Origin: Patescibacteria group bacterium
Lineage (GTDB): Bacteria; Patescibacteriota; Patescibacteriia; JBDRGY01
NCBI GenBank assembly: GCA_043817315.1
Contig: JBDRGY010000004.1
Location: forward strand, 797 to 64,796
Length of the DNA stretch: 64,000 nucleotides
Direction of reading: 5' to 3'
Part shown: positions 55,575 through 64,000 of the stretch, in pieces
How the letters are laid out: each line of letters opens with the position of its first letter
Numbering within the stretch: position 1 is the stretch's first letter
Notes under the pieces: model-generated
What the model was told of the DNA's origin: nothing
The model's database searches: none
What the model saw: only the letters and a program-made list of their open reading frames with translations
Program-made: the position numbers and the translations under genes

Positions 55575-56573
55575 ATGAAAAGATATCGTAAAAAAATTTG
55601 CTTGCTGTTTGCCGGAGGTACAAAATTATCCCACTCGAGTGGTAAGGGTTTTGAAGTTAAAAAGACTGACGATATTAAACCCTGGCTAATGCATTTTGAA
55701 GAATTGAATATTATGGCTGACATTGAGTCGGTTTTTATTTTTGGCGGAAAGTCGGAGAATGTAACAGTTGATCAATGGATCAAATTAATCGATGAGATCA
55801 AGAAGAGAATCAATTCCAGCGACGGATTCGTAGTCTTGCAGGGACCACAGACTATGAACTATACAGCTTGCGCCCTGACCTTTGCTTTCCAGAATTTAAA
55901 CAAACCGATTATTTTAACCGGTTCCCCGTTTACCCCCCAGACTAAAAGTCAGCAAGCGGATCCGCTAGAAGAGTATAAGGGTTTAGGAATCAAAGCCAAT
56001 TTACTAAACGCCATCCAAGTTGCTTTGTCCGATATCAACCAGGTGGCCATCCTTTTCGGCTCGCGCCTGATTTCTGGAGTACAAGCGGTACAGGCTACTC
56101 CGCCAGGGTTGAATTTCTTTGATTCTTTCTCCGGTCATTTTTTGGGAAGGGTTGATTTTGGCATTAGTTTGTTTGGCAAAACTAAAAAGAGTAAAGCCAA
56201 AATGAAGTTTAGTAACGGCTTTGACAATAAAGTCTCTATTTTGGACTGGCATCCGGGGGTGGATGTCTCCTTGATCCAGAATCTGAAAAAACAAAAAATT
56301 CACGGATTGATAATAAGAATGCATCATCAGACAGTGCTGCCCGACAGTTTCTTGCCCGCTCTGCGAAAACTAGCCAAGGACAGTATTCCGGTAATTATCT
56401 ACCAATCCGGCCAAGAACAAAAATTTTTAAAAGGCGCCAATATCATCATGATTGAAAATATGAGCCTGTCAGCTGTTTTGGTGAAATTGATGTGGGTGTT
56501 GGCTCAGACCAAGAGCCTGTCCAAAATTAAAAGTCTAATGGCTAGAAATTTATCAGGAGAGATAGTCAAATAG
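55575..56573 (+). CDS. asparaginase/glutaminase-family protein (catalytic motif degenerate)
   Basis: LLFAGGT N-terminal motif. VVLQGPQTM where the canonical motif is HGTDTM. Confidence 0.55.
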   Translation: MKRYRKKICLLFAGGTKLSHSSGKGFEVKKTDDIKPWLMHFEELNIMADIESVFIFGGKSENVTVDQWIKLIDEIKKRINSSDGFVVLQGPQTMNYTACALTFAFQNLNKPIILTGSPFTPQTKSQQADPLEEYKGLGIKANLLNAIQVALSDINQVAILFGSRLISGVQAVQATPPGLNFFDSFSGHFLGRVDFGISLFGKTKKSKAKMKFSNGFDNKVSILDWHPGVDVSLIQNLKKQKIHGLIIRMHHQTVLPDSFLPALRKLAKDSIPVIIYQSGQEQKFLKGANIIMIENMSLSAVLVKLMWVLAQTKSLSKIKSLMARNLSGEIVK

Positions 56574-56574
56574 T

Positions 56575-57168
56575 ATGAAGGTATACTTTTTCGGACCAGC
56601 AACCAGTAAAACTAAAATGTGTCAGACTTACGGCACCATTTTGAGTTTGCTGAAAAAAGCTGACCTGGAAGTCTATTCCAACCAGGAGCCAACAGATCTC
56701 TCTGAAGAGTTGAGTCAGATTTATCAATCAGGCGGCATGATATTAGACAAGATGGAAGCTTTTATTATCGAGGGCTCAACCCCAGATCAGGAAATCGGTT
56801 ATTTCTTAGCCTATGCCTTAAGCCAGAAAAAGCCAACCTTATATTTATCTGAAAAGTCACATCAAATAAAATCCACTCTTAAATATCTGAAAAGCAAATC
56901 CACTCCCAAATTTTTGCAGATTACCACTTATAGTCAAAAGAATATAGAGGAACAGCTTATCAAATTTCTACAGCTGATCAAAGCCGGTAAAATAAAAGAG
57001 ATTCCTTCTATCAAGTTCACACTGCGCATCACTCCTTCTATTGAGCGCTTTCTTCATTGGAAGACTCACAACACCGATAAGTCCAAAGCGGACTTTTTAC
57101 GACAAGATATTGAAGAGATGATCAAGAAAGACGACAAGTATCAGCGGTTTTTGAGAAATAAAGACTAA
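56575..57168 (+). CDS. hypothetical protein, possibly nucleoside 2-deoxyribosyltransferase-like fold
   Basis: VYFFGP...EVYS pattern. Weak. Confidence 0.35.
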   Translation: MKVYFFGPATSKTKMCQTYGTILSLLKKADLEVYSNQEPTDLSEELSQIYQSGGMILDKMEAFIIEGSTPDQEIGYFLAYALSQKKPTLYLSEKSHQIKSTLKYLKSKSTPKFLQITTYSQKNIEEQLIKFLQLIKAGKIKEIPSIKFTLRITPSIERFLHWKTHNTDKSKADFLRQDIEEMIKKDDKYQRFLRNKD

Positions 57169-57193
57169 GCCTCTTTATAATTTAGGTAAAAAG

Positions 57194-58939
57194 TTGTATA
57201 GTATTACTATGAACAAATTATTAATTCTCTCGGTAATCATAATTTTTGGAGGATTTTTTGTTACACCGGTTTCGGCTCAGGAAATTGAAGAAATCAAAAG
57301 CTTTGATATCAGAGTTGTTCTAAATGAAGACAGCACCTTCACCATTACTGAAACTATCCTATATGATTTCGGGGAGGATGCTTATAATAAACACGGTATC
57401 ATCAGGGAGATGCCCTATAAGTATCAGAGGAAAGGAGCCAATTATAACGTCAGAATAACTCTATTGTCGATTACCGATTCTGCCGGCAATCCTTACAATT
57501 ATAGTACCAGTCGCTCCGGCGGTAACCTTTACCTAAAGATTGGTGATGCCGATGTTACGGTTACCGGCAAGAGGGCATACCAAATTGAATACAAACTAGC
57601 CAGAGCTATAAACTATTTTGCCGATCACGACGAATTTTACTGGAATGTAACTGGTACTGGCTGGCCGGTAGATATCGAGCAGACAACGGCAACTATCACT
57701 ATGCCTCAGTCCGTTTTGATGGAAGATTTGCAGTTTGCCTGCTATACCGGTTATTACGGTGCCACTGAAGGTTACTGTGATTACGAGATGATCGATGAGC
57801 AACATTACGTTTATTACACCAAAGAGGCTTTGGTGGCGGGCGAGGGCTTGTCGATCGTTCTGGGTTTGCCCAAGGGGATTATACAGCAGCCTACTCTGGC
57901 TCAGAATCTATTGTGGTTCTTTCAGGATAACTGGTATATTTTTCTGCCCTTACTCGTCCTGATTATCCTGATCTATGTTTGGTGGACTAGGGGCCGGGAC
58001 CCAGAAACAAAATTGAGTGAAACCATAATTCCTTATTACGCACCTCCTAATGATATGCCCCCAGGACTTTTGGGGGTAGTCTATGACGAAAAGGCTGATC
58101 TTAGAGATATCAGCTCCTCAATTATTGATTTTGCAGTCAGAGGCTATATTAAAATAAAGAAAATTGGCAAGAAAGACTCTGACTATGAATTTATTAAAAT
58201 AAAAAATATTGACGATACTTTTGAACCGTACGAAAGAGATGTCTTCAAAGCTATCTTTAAGAATACTAATTCCAGAAAATTATCCAGCCTCAAATACAAA
58301 TTTTATAAAGAATTGCCTGCCATCAAAAAAACCCTTTATCAATCGGTGGTAGATCAAGGTTTTTTTCCGATCAATCCGGATAAAGTACGAGGATCCTATG
58401 TTGGTTGGGGAATAGTATTCATCATAGTCGGATTTATCCTGATGTTTGTCGGTATCTCTGTTTATGCCGGCATAGCAGTGATGGCTAGTGGAGTCCTGGT
58501 AACCTTCTTTGCCAAAGCTATGCCCAGGAAAACCAAGTTTGGAACTAATACCCACGCCAAAATATTGGGATTGAAGATGTATATGTCAGTGGCTGAAAAA
58601 GACCGGATAAAATTTCACAATGCTCCAGCCAAAAGCCCGGAGGTTTTTGAGAAACTGTTGCCCTATGCCATGGTTCTGGGGGTGGAGAAAGAATGGGCTG
58701 AAGAATTTAAGGATATGTATAAAACGCCGCCTGATTGGTACCAGGGAGATACCATCCGGGGATTTAATTCTCTGTACCTCATAAACTCATTGAGCTCTAT
58801 GAATCGGTCAGTCGGTAGTACTATTACTTCAAGGCCTCCAAGTCGCAGTAGTGGTAGTGGGGGAGGATTCTCGGGTTTTTCCGGTGGTGGTGGTTTTTCT
58901 GGCGGTGGTTTTGGAGGCGGAGGCGGAGGCAGCTGGTAA
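57194..58939 (+). CDS. DUF2207-family membrane protein with Gly-rich C-terminal tail
   Basis: Signal peptide, large ectodomain, 3 TM, and a ...SGSGGGFSGFSGGGGFSGGGFGGGGGGSW tail typical of DUF2207. Confidence 0.65.
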   Translation: MYSITMNKLLILSVIIIFGGFFVTPVSAQEIEEIKSFDIRVVLNEDSTFTITETILYDFGEDAYNKHGIIREMPYKYQRKGANYNVRITLLSITDSAGNPYNYSTSRSGGNLYLKIGDADVTVTGKRAYQIEYKLARAINYFADHDEFYWNVTGTGWPVDIEQTTATITMPQSVLMEDLQFACYTGYYGATEGYCDYEMIDEQHYVYYTKEALVAGEGLSIVLGLPKGIIQQPTLAQNLLWFFQDNWYIFLPLLVLIILIYVWWTRGRDPETKLSETIIPYYAPPNDMPPGLLGVVYDEKADLRDISSSIIDFAVRGYIKIKKIGKKDSDYEFIKIKNIDDTFEPYERDVFKAIFKNTNSRKLSSLKYKFYKELPAIKKTLYQSVVDQGFFPINPDKVRGSYVGWGIVFIIVGFILMFVGISVYAGIAVMASGVLVTFFAKAMPRKTKFGTNTHAKILGLKMYMSVAEKDRIKFHNAPAKSPEVFEKLLPYAMVLGVEKEWAEEFKDMYKTPPDWYQGDTIRGFNSLYLINSLSSMNRSVGSTITSRPPSRSSGSGGGFSGFSGGGGFSGGGFGGGGGGSW

Positions 58940-58969
58940 TATTTGAAATTAATTTGGAAATACAATTTT

Positions 58970-59479
58970 ATGGCGAAAATTTTAATGATTATCGCGCCGG
59001 AAAGTTTTGATGCAAAGGAATTTAAAATTTGTAAGCAAACTATCGAAAAAGCCGGACATCAGGTAGACGTAGCTGCTCGCTACAAGGGAGAAGCTAAAAG
59101 TAATAAAGAAGACACCTATCAGGTAACAATTGGCATCAGGGAGGTGAAAATGGAAGAGTATCAGGGCATTCTGTTTATCGGCGGATCAGGGGCGGCCATC
59201 TATTTAAATGACGACGAAGCACATATATTAGTGCGGATCGCCAGCGATATCGGTCAAGCGATAGGGGCTATCAACATTGCCCCCTCTATTCTGGCCAATG
59301 CCGGAATACTCAGCGGCCGCAAAGCTTCTGTGTTTCCCTCTGAAGAGGAGAACATGAGGGCCAAGGGGGCAGAGCTGATGTCATCTGACGTTACAGTAGA
59401 CGGGAAAATCGTGACAGCTTCAGGCGCCTATGCGGCGGAGGAATTTGCCCGGCATTTTGTTGAGGCCTTGAACAAATAA
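58970..59479 (+). CDS. DJ-1/PfpI-family protein (nucleophile Cys replaced)
   Basis: KILMIIAPE...GILFIGGSG...AINIAPSIL, where Cys is expected in AICHGP. Confidence 0.55.
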   Translation: MAKILMIIAPESFDAKEFKICKQTIEKAGHQVDVAARYKGEAKSNKEDTYQVTIGIREVKMEEYQGILFIGGSGAAIYLNDDEAHILVRIASDIGQAIGAINIAPSILANAGILSGRKASVFPSEEENMRAKGAELMSSDVTVDGKIVTASGAYAAEEFARHFVEALNK

Positions 59480-59481
59480 CT

Positions 59482-59787
59482 ATGTCTAAAATATTAATAA
59501 CCACTAATTTTATTGTTCAGCCAGACAAGGTTAATCAGTTTAAAGATTTCCTGCAGTAATTGGTAAAGGCTGGCCAAGAGCTCAAGGGGGTTGAAAAAAG
59601 TTATATTTGTCGCCATCAAGAGTAGTCTAATATATTGTCCACCTGGACCATAATCGATACGCCGGCCAACGCCGAGAATCTCAAAAGAACTTTCCGAGAC
59701 GATATAGACTTTGCTCAAAAATATTTAGCGGCAATGGAGCTTCTGGAAGCTAAACCGAAATTAGCTACTTACCAAATCGTGGGATAA
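59482..59787 (+). pseudogene. ABM (antibiotic-biosynthesis-monooxygenase-like) domain gene with two in-frame stops (TAA 59557-59559, TAG 59623-59625)
   Basis: MSKILITTNFIVQPDKVNQFKDFLQ*LVKAGQELKGVEKSYICRHQE*SNILSTWTIIDTPANAENLKRTFRDDIDFAQKYLAAMELLEAKPKLATYQIVG*. Confidence 0.5.
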
Positions 59788-60097
59788 AAAAACGCCCCCA
59801 CATCCTCAAGGGCGCTTGTCAGTCAGCTGAAGGGTTACCTTCAATGGCCCACTGTCTAGGAGCGGGCGCCTGGCCAGGCGACAGGAATTCAGAAACCGAT
59901 CTCATGCCTTCTTACGCCCGGAAGACACGAATGCAGGGACGTCTGCATGCCGCAGGGGGTGGCGGACGGTGTCCTAGGTTCACTGCCAGGTCAGACTAGC
60001 TGATTCCTTTTCGAACAGCTGACTTATGTAGCGCTTATGGAGGAATAGGGAGCGTCAAAGCTCCTTGATAATGAACAAAATCCGAGTAAGCGGATAA
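59786..60097 (-). ncRNA. candidate structured ncRNA 2 (about 300 nt, GC-rich, ORF-free), identity unassigned
   Basis: Minus-strand TTGACG(60131-60126)-15-TATAAT(60110-60105) promoter. Stops in all frames. Many GC hairpins. Ends in ACGCCC...GGGCGT followed by UUUUUUU (plus 59785-59814). Confidence 0.35.
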
Positions 60098-60180
60098 ATA
60101 AGATATTATACCCTATTATTATCTACGTCAAGTAATCATTACCCTTTTTAAGGAAATTTGTTATAATTAATTAAGCTATT

Positions 60181-60696
60181 ATGGAGGACCAAAAGAAAAA
60201 TACCGCTTTTTTGTACCTTTTTGGTGTAATTATCGTTTGTTTTATTGCTCTGCGAATTTTTCAGGTTACAGTGTCAGACGAAGAAGAGAAAACTAACCAG
60301 GCAGTAGCAAACTCTAATGTGGCTAATGCCAGCATTGAAGAAAACTTTCAACTACTCCTGGAGATCAGAGCTCCTTTTTCCAATACATCAATCCAAATTG
60401 ATAATGAAGGCCAGATTACCTATCAAAAAATTGTATTTGGTTTGCAAGAAGATAGTCAGCAAGAAAAAACTATCAATCAAGAAAAACTTATAAATCTGCA
60501 GAATCTAATATCAAGTAGCCAGTTCTTTTCCATGAATAGTGCCTATCGGTCCCAGGAAATCGTGGAAGACTCCACTTTCTCTATTTTGAGTATTAGCTGG
60601 GACGAGGATGATCACTCTGTCTTATGTGAGACTAATTGTCCGGATGGTTTTAATAGTATTCAAACGCAAGTCGAATCACTTTGGAATAATATTTAA
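60181..60696 (+). CDS. hypothetical membrane-anchored protein
   Basis: N-terminal TM (FLYLFGVIIVCFIALRIF). Confidence 0.45.
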   Translation: MEDQKKNTAFLYLFGVIIVCFIALRIFQVTVSDEEEKTNQAVANSNVANASIEENFQLLLEIRAPFSNTSIQIDNEGQITYQKIVFGLQEDSQQEKTINQEKLINLQNLISSSQFFSMNSAYRSQEIVEDSTFSILSISWDEDDHSVLCETNCPDGFNSIQTQVESLWNNI

Positions 60697-60706
60697 TTAT
60701 ATCAAT

Positions 60707-61654
60707 ATGAAAGCAATTCGTTATCTTATCTTCCTGGCAATTTTCTTAGTCGTCGTTTACGGAATTCTAACCGTGACTTATTTCGGTTTATATTCCGATT
60801 CCAAATATGCCAAGGGCCAGGATTTAGAAGCAGCCCAGGATGGTCAATTTGTCAATTTGTCGACCGGAGAAATTTTTTACCGTGAGGCTGGACTGGGTAA
60901 AAAAGTAATCTTTCTTCATGGCTTTGGCGATTCTTCAGCCAGCTTCGAGAAGATAATGGAAGAAATGAGCAGCCAGTACCGGGTCTATGCTTTAGATTTT
61001 CCGGGTTTTGGTTTTTCCAGCAAAGAAAAAACAAACGAAATGAATCTGGAAGAAAAGGTTCAGACAGTCTTGGACTTTATGGATTTTAAGAACACGGATA
61101 AAGTGTATTTAGTCGGTCACTCCATGGGAGGAGCAGTGGCTACTCAACTGGCTGTTGATTATCCAGAAAAAGTAGAGAAACTGGCTTTAATCTCGACCGC
61201 TGGATACGGGGATGATCATGGAGCCTATTCGACACTAAAATGGATTCCTCCTCCGCTGGATAAGCTTTTTGTCCGCTGGTTCTTGTTTAACAATAATACA
61301 GTAAAAAAGAATCTGGATGCAGCTTTTTATGATGATGATTTGGCCTCAATAGAGTTAGTAAACCAGTATCTGGAACCCACTCAAACCAAAGGGGCGGATT
61401 GGAGCTACTTGAAAAATATCAAACAAGGTATTGCTCCGGATCTTAAAGATGAGTTTGCCAAGGTTACACAGCCGACACTATTAATCTGGGGCAGGGATGA
61501 CGAAATGATATCCAGTGACACCATGGCCTCCTTAAGGGGAATAATGCCGAATGCAACAGGTTATTTCTTAGAATTTACCGGACATCTGGTCCACCAGGAA
61601 AGCCCTGAGGGAGTAGCTTCACTGCTGGAAAATTTCTTTAGTCAAATTCTATAA
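60707..61654 (+). CDS. membrane-anchored alpha/beta hydrolase
   Basis: GHSMGGAV nucleophile elbow. Start at the internal ATG. Confidence 0.6.
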   Translation: MKAIRYLIFLAIFLVVVYGILTVTYFGLYSDSKYAKGQDLEAAQDGQFVNLSTGEIFYREAGLGKKVIFLHGFGDSSASFEKIMEEMSSQYRVYALDFPGFGFSSKEKTNEMNLEEKVQTVLDFMDFKNTDKVYLVGHSMGGAVATQLAVDYPEKVEKLALISTAGYGDDHGAYSTLKWIPPPLDKLFVRWFLFNNNTVKKNLDAAFYDDDLASIELVNQYLEPTQTKGADWSYLKNIKQGIAPDLKDEFAKVTQPTLLIWGRDDEMISSDTMASLRGIMPNATGYFLEFTGHLVHQESPEGVASLLENFFSQIL

Positions 61655-61657
61655 ACG

Positions 61658-62173
61658 ATGAATTTCTTTGAGCTGATAAAAAAACGGCATTCAATTCGTC
61701 AATACAAAAAACGGGAAGTACAAAAAGATAATATCAAAAAGATATTGGAAGCGGTTAAGACTGCTCCCTCTGCTGGCAATGTTCAGGCATACCATATCTT
61801 TGTGGTTAAGCAACAAGCCAATAAAGATCAGTTGGCCCTGGCCGCTTTCGGCCAGAATTTTATTGCTCAAGCGGGAGTGGTTTTTGTCTTTATGGCGGAC
61901 CCCTCTCGTTCCTCCTCGCGGTACGGCTCCAGGGGGGCGGAATTATACGCCACCCAAGATGCCACCATTGCCTGTAGTTATGCTCAATTAGCTGCTCGGG
62001 ATCTGGGATTGGGAGCTTGTTGGGTCGGGGCCTTTGACGAAGAAAGAGTCAGGCTGATTTTAAAAGCTCCCAACGAGATGTTGCCGGTGGCCATCCTGCC
62101 GGTTGGCTATTCAGCAGTTCCCGGAAGTAGATGCCAAAGAAGGCCCCTCAAAGATATTTTCACTGATAGTTAA
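61658..62173 (+). CDS. nitroreductase-family protein
   Basis: MNFFELIKKRHSIRQYKK...AGNVQAYHIFVV. Confidence 0.8.
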   Translation: MNFFELIKKRHSIRQYKKREVQKDNIKKILEAVKTAPSAGNVQAYHIFVVKQQANKDQLALAAFGQNFIAQAGVVFVFMADPSRSSSRYGSRGAELYATQDATIACSYAQLAARDLGLGACWVGAFDEERVRLILKAPNEMLPVAILPVGYSAVPGSRCQRRPLKDIFTDS

Positions 62174-62244
62174 TAAAGTGCCAGGTCTGACGAGTATCTA
62201 GCGCTTTTTTTATTGGTTTATTCGGGTTATAATTAAACTACTTT

Positions 62245-63564
62245 ATGCAGCAAATCGCCTTATCCATTATCAAAAAACTACAAGCCGCCGGCTTTGTGGC
62301 TTATCTGGCCGGTGGTTTTGTGCGTGATAAATTGATGAAGAAGCAGCCGGATGATTTTGACATTGCTACTTCAGCCAAACCCAGTCAAATAGAAAAGTTA
62401 ATGCCCAAGACCATTTCCGTGGGTAAAGAGTTTGGTGTCATTATTGCTATTGTCAAAGGTCACAGTTTTGAAATAGCCACTTTCCGTTCCGATGCCGGTT
62501 ATTCAGATGGGCGTCGGCCCGATGCTGTTTATTACGCTAAGCCAGCCAATGATGCCCAGCGTAGAGATTTTACCATCAACGGCATGTTTTATGATCCGAC
62601 CAAAAAGAAAGTGATTGATTTTGTCGGGGGACAAAAGGATTTAAAGAAGAAGATAGTACGTTTTATTGGTGATCCCAACAAAAGGATCAAAGAAGATCAC
62701 TTACGACTCCTACGTGCCATCAGATTCAAAAACGTTCTAGGGTTTAAATATCATCCTAAGGCTTGGCTAGCAGTTAAGAAACATGCCAAGCTAATCAGAA
62801 CTGTTTCCGGGGAAAGGATTAAACAGGAGCTAGACAAGATTTTAGCATCTCCCAATCGAGCCAAGGCCATTTTGGATTTACAAAAGTCCGGAATCTTAGC
62901 ACAAATATTGCCGGAAGTAATTAAAATGATAGGAGTAGCTCAACCTTATCAATTTCACGGTAGGGCAGACGTTTTTAAGCATACTATTAAGTGTGTGGCT
63001 CAATTACCGGAAGAAGTTTCCCGGGAACTGGCCTGGGCGGCCCTATTACACGATTTGGGTAAGCCGGCAACGTTTAGGCGGGCTGATCGTATCCGTTTTA
63101 CCAGACATGTTCAGAAGTCAGTGGAAATTTCCAAGAAGATTCTAAAGAGACTTCATTTCTCCCGGAAAGAATCAGAGAAAATCTTATGGTTGGTCAAGTA
63201 TCATCATCTGTTACAGAGTTATGACGACATGAAATTATCAACCAGAAGGAAATGGTTACTGGATCCTTTTTTTCCTGATTTATTGGAATTGGCCAAGGCT
63301 GATACCGAAGCTACTCCGGCCATTCGTTGGTTTAAGGAGTATAAAAAAATAAAAGCAGCTATGGGGGCGGCCCATAAGAAATTCCCCAAAATTCCTAAAT
63401 TGATTTCTGGTAAAGAAGTGATGAAATGGTGTAAAATAGAGGAAGGACCGATGGTTGGAAAGATACTGGCTAAAGTTAAAGAGGCCCAGTTGGCTGGCAA
63501 GCTAAAGACTAAAACCGAGGCCAGAAACTATGTTAAAAAAATTAAAGTATCAAACATCAGGTGA
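62245..63564 (+). CDS. cca: CCA-adding tRNA nucleotidyltransferase (class II Pol-beta NTase + HD domain)
   Basis: YLAGGFVRDKLMKKQPDDFDIAT head motif. C-terminal HD domain (LHDLGKP). Confidence 0.85.
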   Translation: MQQIALSIIKKLQAAGFVAYLAGGFVRDKLMKKQPDDFDIATSAKPSQIEKLMPKTISVGKEFGVIIAIVKGHSFEIATFRSDAGYSDGRRPDAVYYAKPANDAQRRDFTINGMFYDPTKKKVIDFVGGQKDLKKKIVRFIGDPNKRIKEDHLRLLRAIRFKNVLGFKYHPKAWLAVKKHAKLIRTVSGERIKQELDKILASPNRAKAILDLQKSGILAQILPEVIKMIGVAQPYQFHGRADVFKHTIKCVAQLPEEVSRELAWAALLHDLGKPATFRRADRIRFTRHVQKSVEISKKILKRLHFSRKESEKILWLVKYHHLLQSYDDMKLSTRRKWLLDPFFPDLLELAKADTEATPAIRWFKEYKKIKAAMGAAHKKFPKIPKLISGKEVMKWCKIEEGPMVGKILAKVKEAQLAGKLKTKTEARNYVKKIKVSNIR

Positions 63565-63943
63565 TGGCTGTGAAGTGATTGATGTCACCGGCGACATCCA
63601 GGATTTAGTTAGCCAGTCTTCGGTTCAAGAAGGGTTAGTTGCAGTCTGCGTGCCGGGCTCAACAGCCTCTATCAGCACTACAGAATTTGAGCCGAATACG
63701 GTGGTCGATATTAAGAATCTTTTTGAAAAAGTCATTCCTGATGCCCAGGATTACCAGCACAACAAAACCTGGGGAGATGGGAATGGCTTTTCTCATTTAC
63801 GGGCCACTTTGCTTGGTCCTTCCCAAAGTTTTGCCATTGCCAAAGGCCAGGTATTAACTGGTAGCTGGCAGCAGATTGTCTTGATAGATTTCGATAATAA
63901 AGCCAAAACCAGAGAAGTAATTGTGAAAATTATTAAGGGGTAG
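63530..63943 (+). CDS. YjbQ/UPF0047-family protein
   Basis: ...NGFSHLRATLLGPSQSFAIAKGQVLTGSWQQIVLIDFD matches the UPF0047 core. Confidence 0.75.
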   Translation: MLKKLKYQTSGDGCEVIDVTGDIQDLVSQSSVQEGLVAVCVPGSTASISTTEFEPNTVVDIKNLFEKVIPDAQDYQHNKTWGDGNGFSHLRATLLGPSQSFAIAKGQVLTGSWQQIVLIDFDNKAKTREVIVKIIKG

Positions 63944-64000
63944 CAAAATCGCTAGGAACCAGGCCCTGAGGGGCTTTTTTTGTTGACTTTTTTCCATAAA

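Noticed and set aside
59494-59718. ORF 59494..59718(-) of 74 aa
   Set aside because: Antisense to the ABM-like pseudogene, whose translation is family-like. The minus frame has no support.
59482-59787. Stop-codon reassignment (TAA or TAG read through) as an explanation for in-frame stops in the ABM gene and family member E
   Set aside because: TAA, TAG and TGA each terminate clearly intact conserved genes in this window (uppS TAA, rarA TGA, island genes TAG). So pseudogenisation or sequencing error is more parsimonious than recoding.
1-64000. CRISPR arrays, IS elements, integrase or transposase genes, prophage structural genes
   Set aside because: I found no regularly spaced direct repeats with unique spacers, no terminal inverted repeats flanking a transposase-like ORF, and no recombinase or phage-like translations anywhere in the window.

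Overview
This 64 kb window reads as a chromosomal segment from a low-GC, gene-dense bacterium with short intergenic regions and many small hypothetical or membrane proteins. TGA, TAA and TAG are all used as stops, so the standard bacterial code applies. Gene content fits a streamlined, possibly Patescibacteria/CPR-like genome, but that is inference from content only.

Recognisable housekeeping genes:
- uppS, rarA, queH, tdh-kbl, mutM, uppP, pcm, manC-like, mltG and an archaeal-type UMP kinase.
- rplJ-rplL with a consensus promoter and leader attenuator.
- A partial dcw cluster (mraZ-rsmH-ftsL-ftsI-murF) preceded by a periodic GTGG MraZ-type operator.
- CCA-adding enzyme, nitroreductase, YjbQ, a CDP-alcohol phosphatidyltransferase and a tRNA-Pro(CGG).

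Accessory and unusual content:
- A GC-rich islet (about 4.7-6.5 kb) sits next to the tRNA-Pro and a GIY-YIG gene. It encodes unrelated secreted proteins that share an identical extreme C-terminal tail, VExx(S/D)WGS(I/V)KA(M/L)YR, plus an orphan 3' cassette ending in the same tail.
- A second GC-rich mosaic region (about 50.0-54.8 kb) contains a paralogous family of at least five small (about 75-95 aa) proteins with a shared acidic beta-strand and a VPxxLLTEW-like C-terminus. One copy carries an in-frame TAG.
- Two ORF-free, GC-rich, promoter-plus-terminator-bounded candidate structured RNAs of about 250-300 nt lie on the minus strand.
- Three tandem paralogs of a roughly 110-aa degenerate GIY-YIG-like protein sit directly upstream of rplJ.
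- A sortase lies next to an 855-aa DUF11/Cna-B-like surface protein carrying an unusual LTETG sorting signal.
- An ABM-like gene carries two in-frame stops.
- A membrane PP2C-like phosphatase has a predicted beta-propeller ectodomain.
- A (p)ppGpp-hydrolase-like HD protein lies next to a hydrolase-Nudix fusion.

All calls come from reading the sequence and translations, and no database searches were run.
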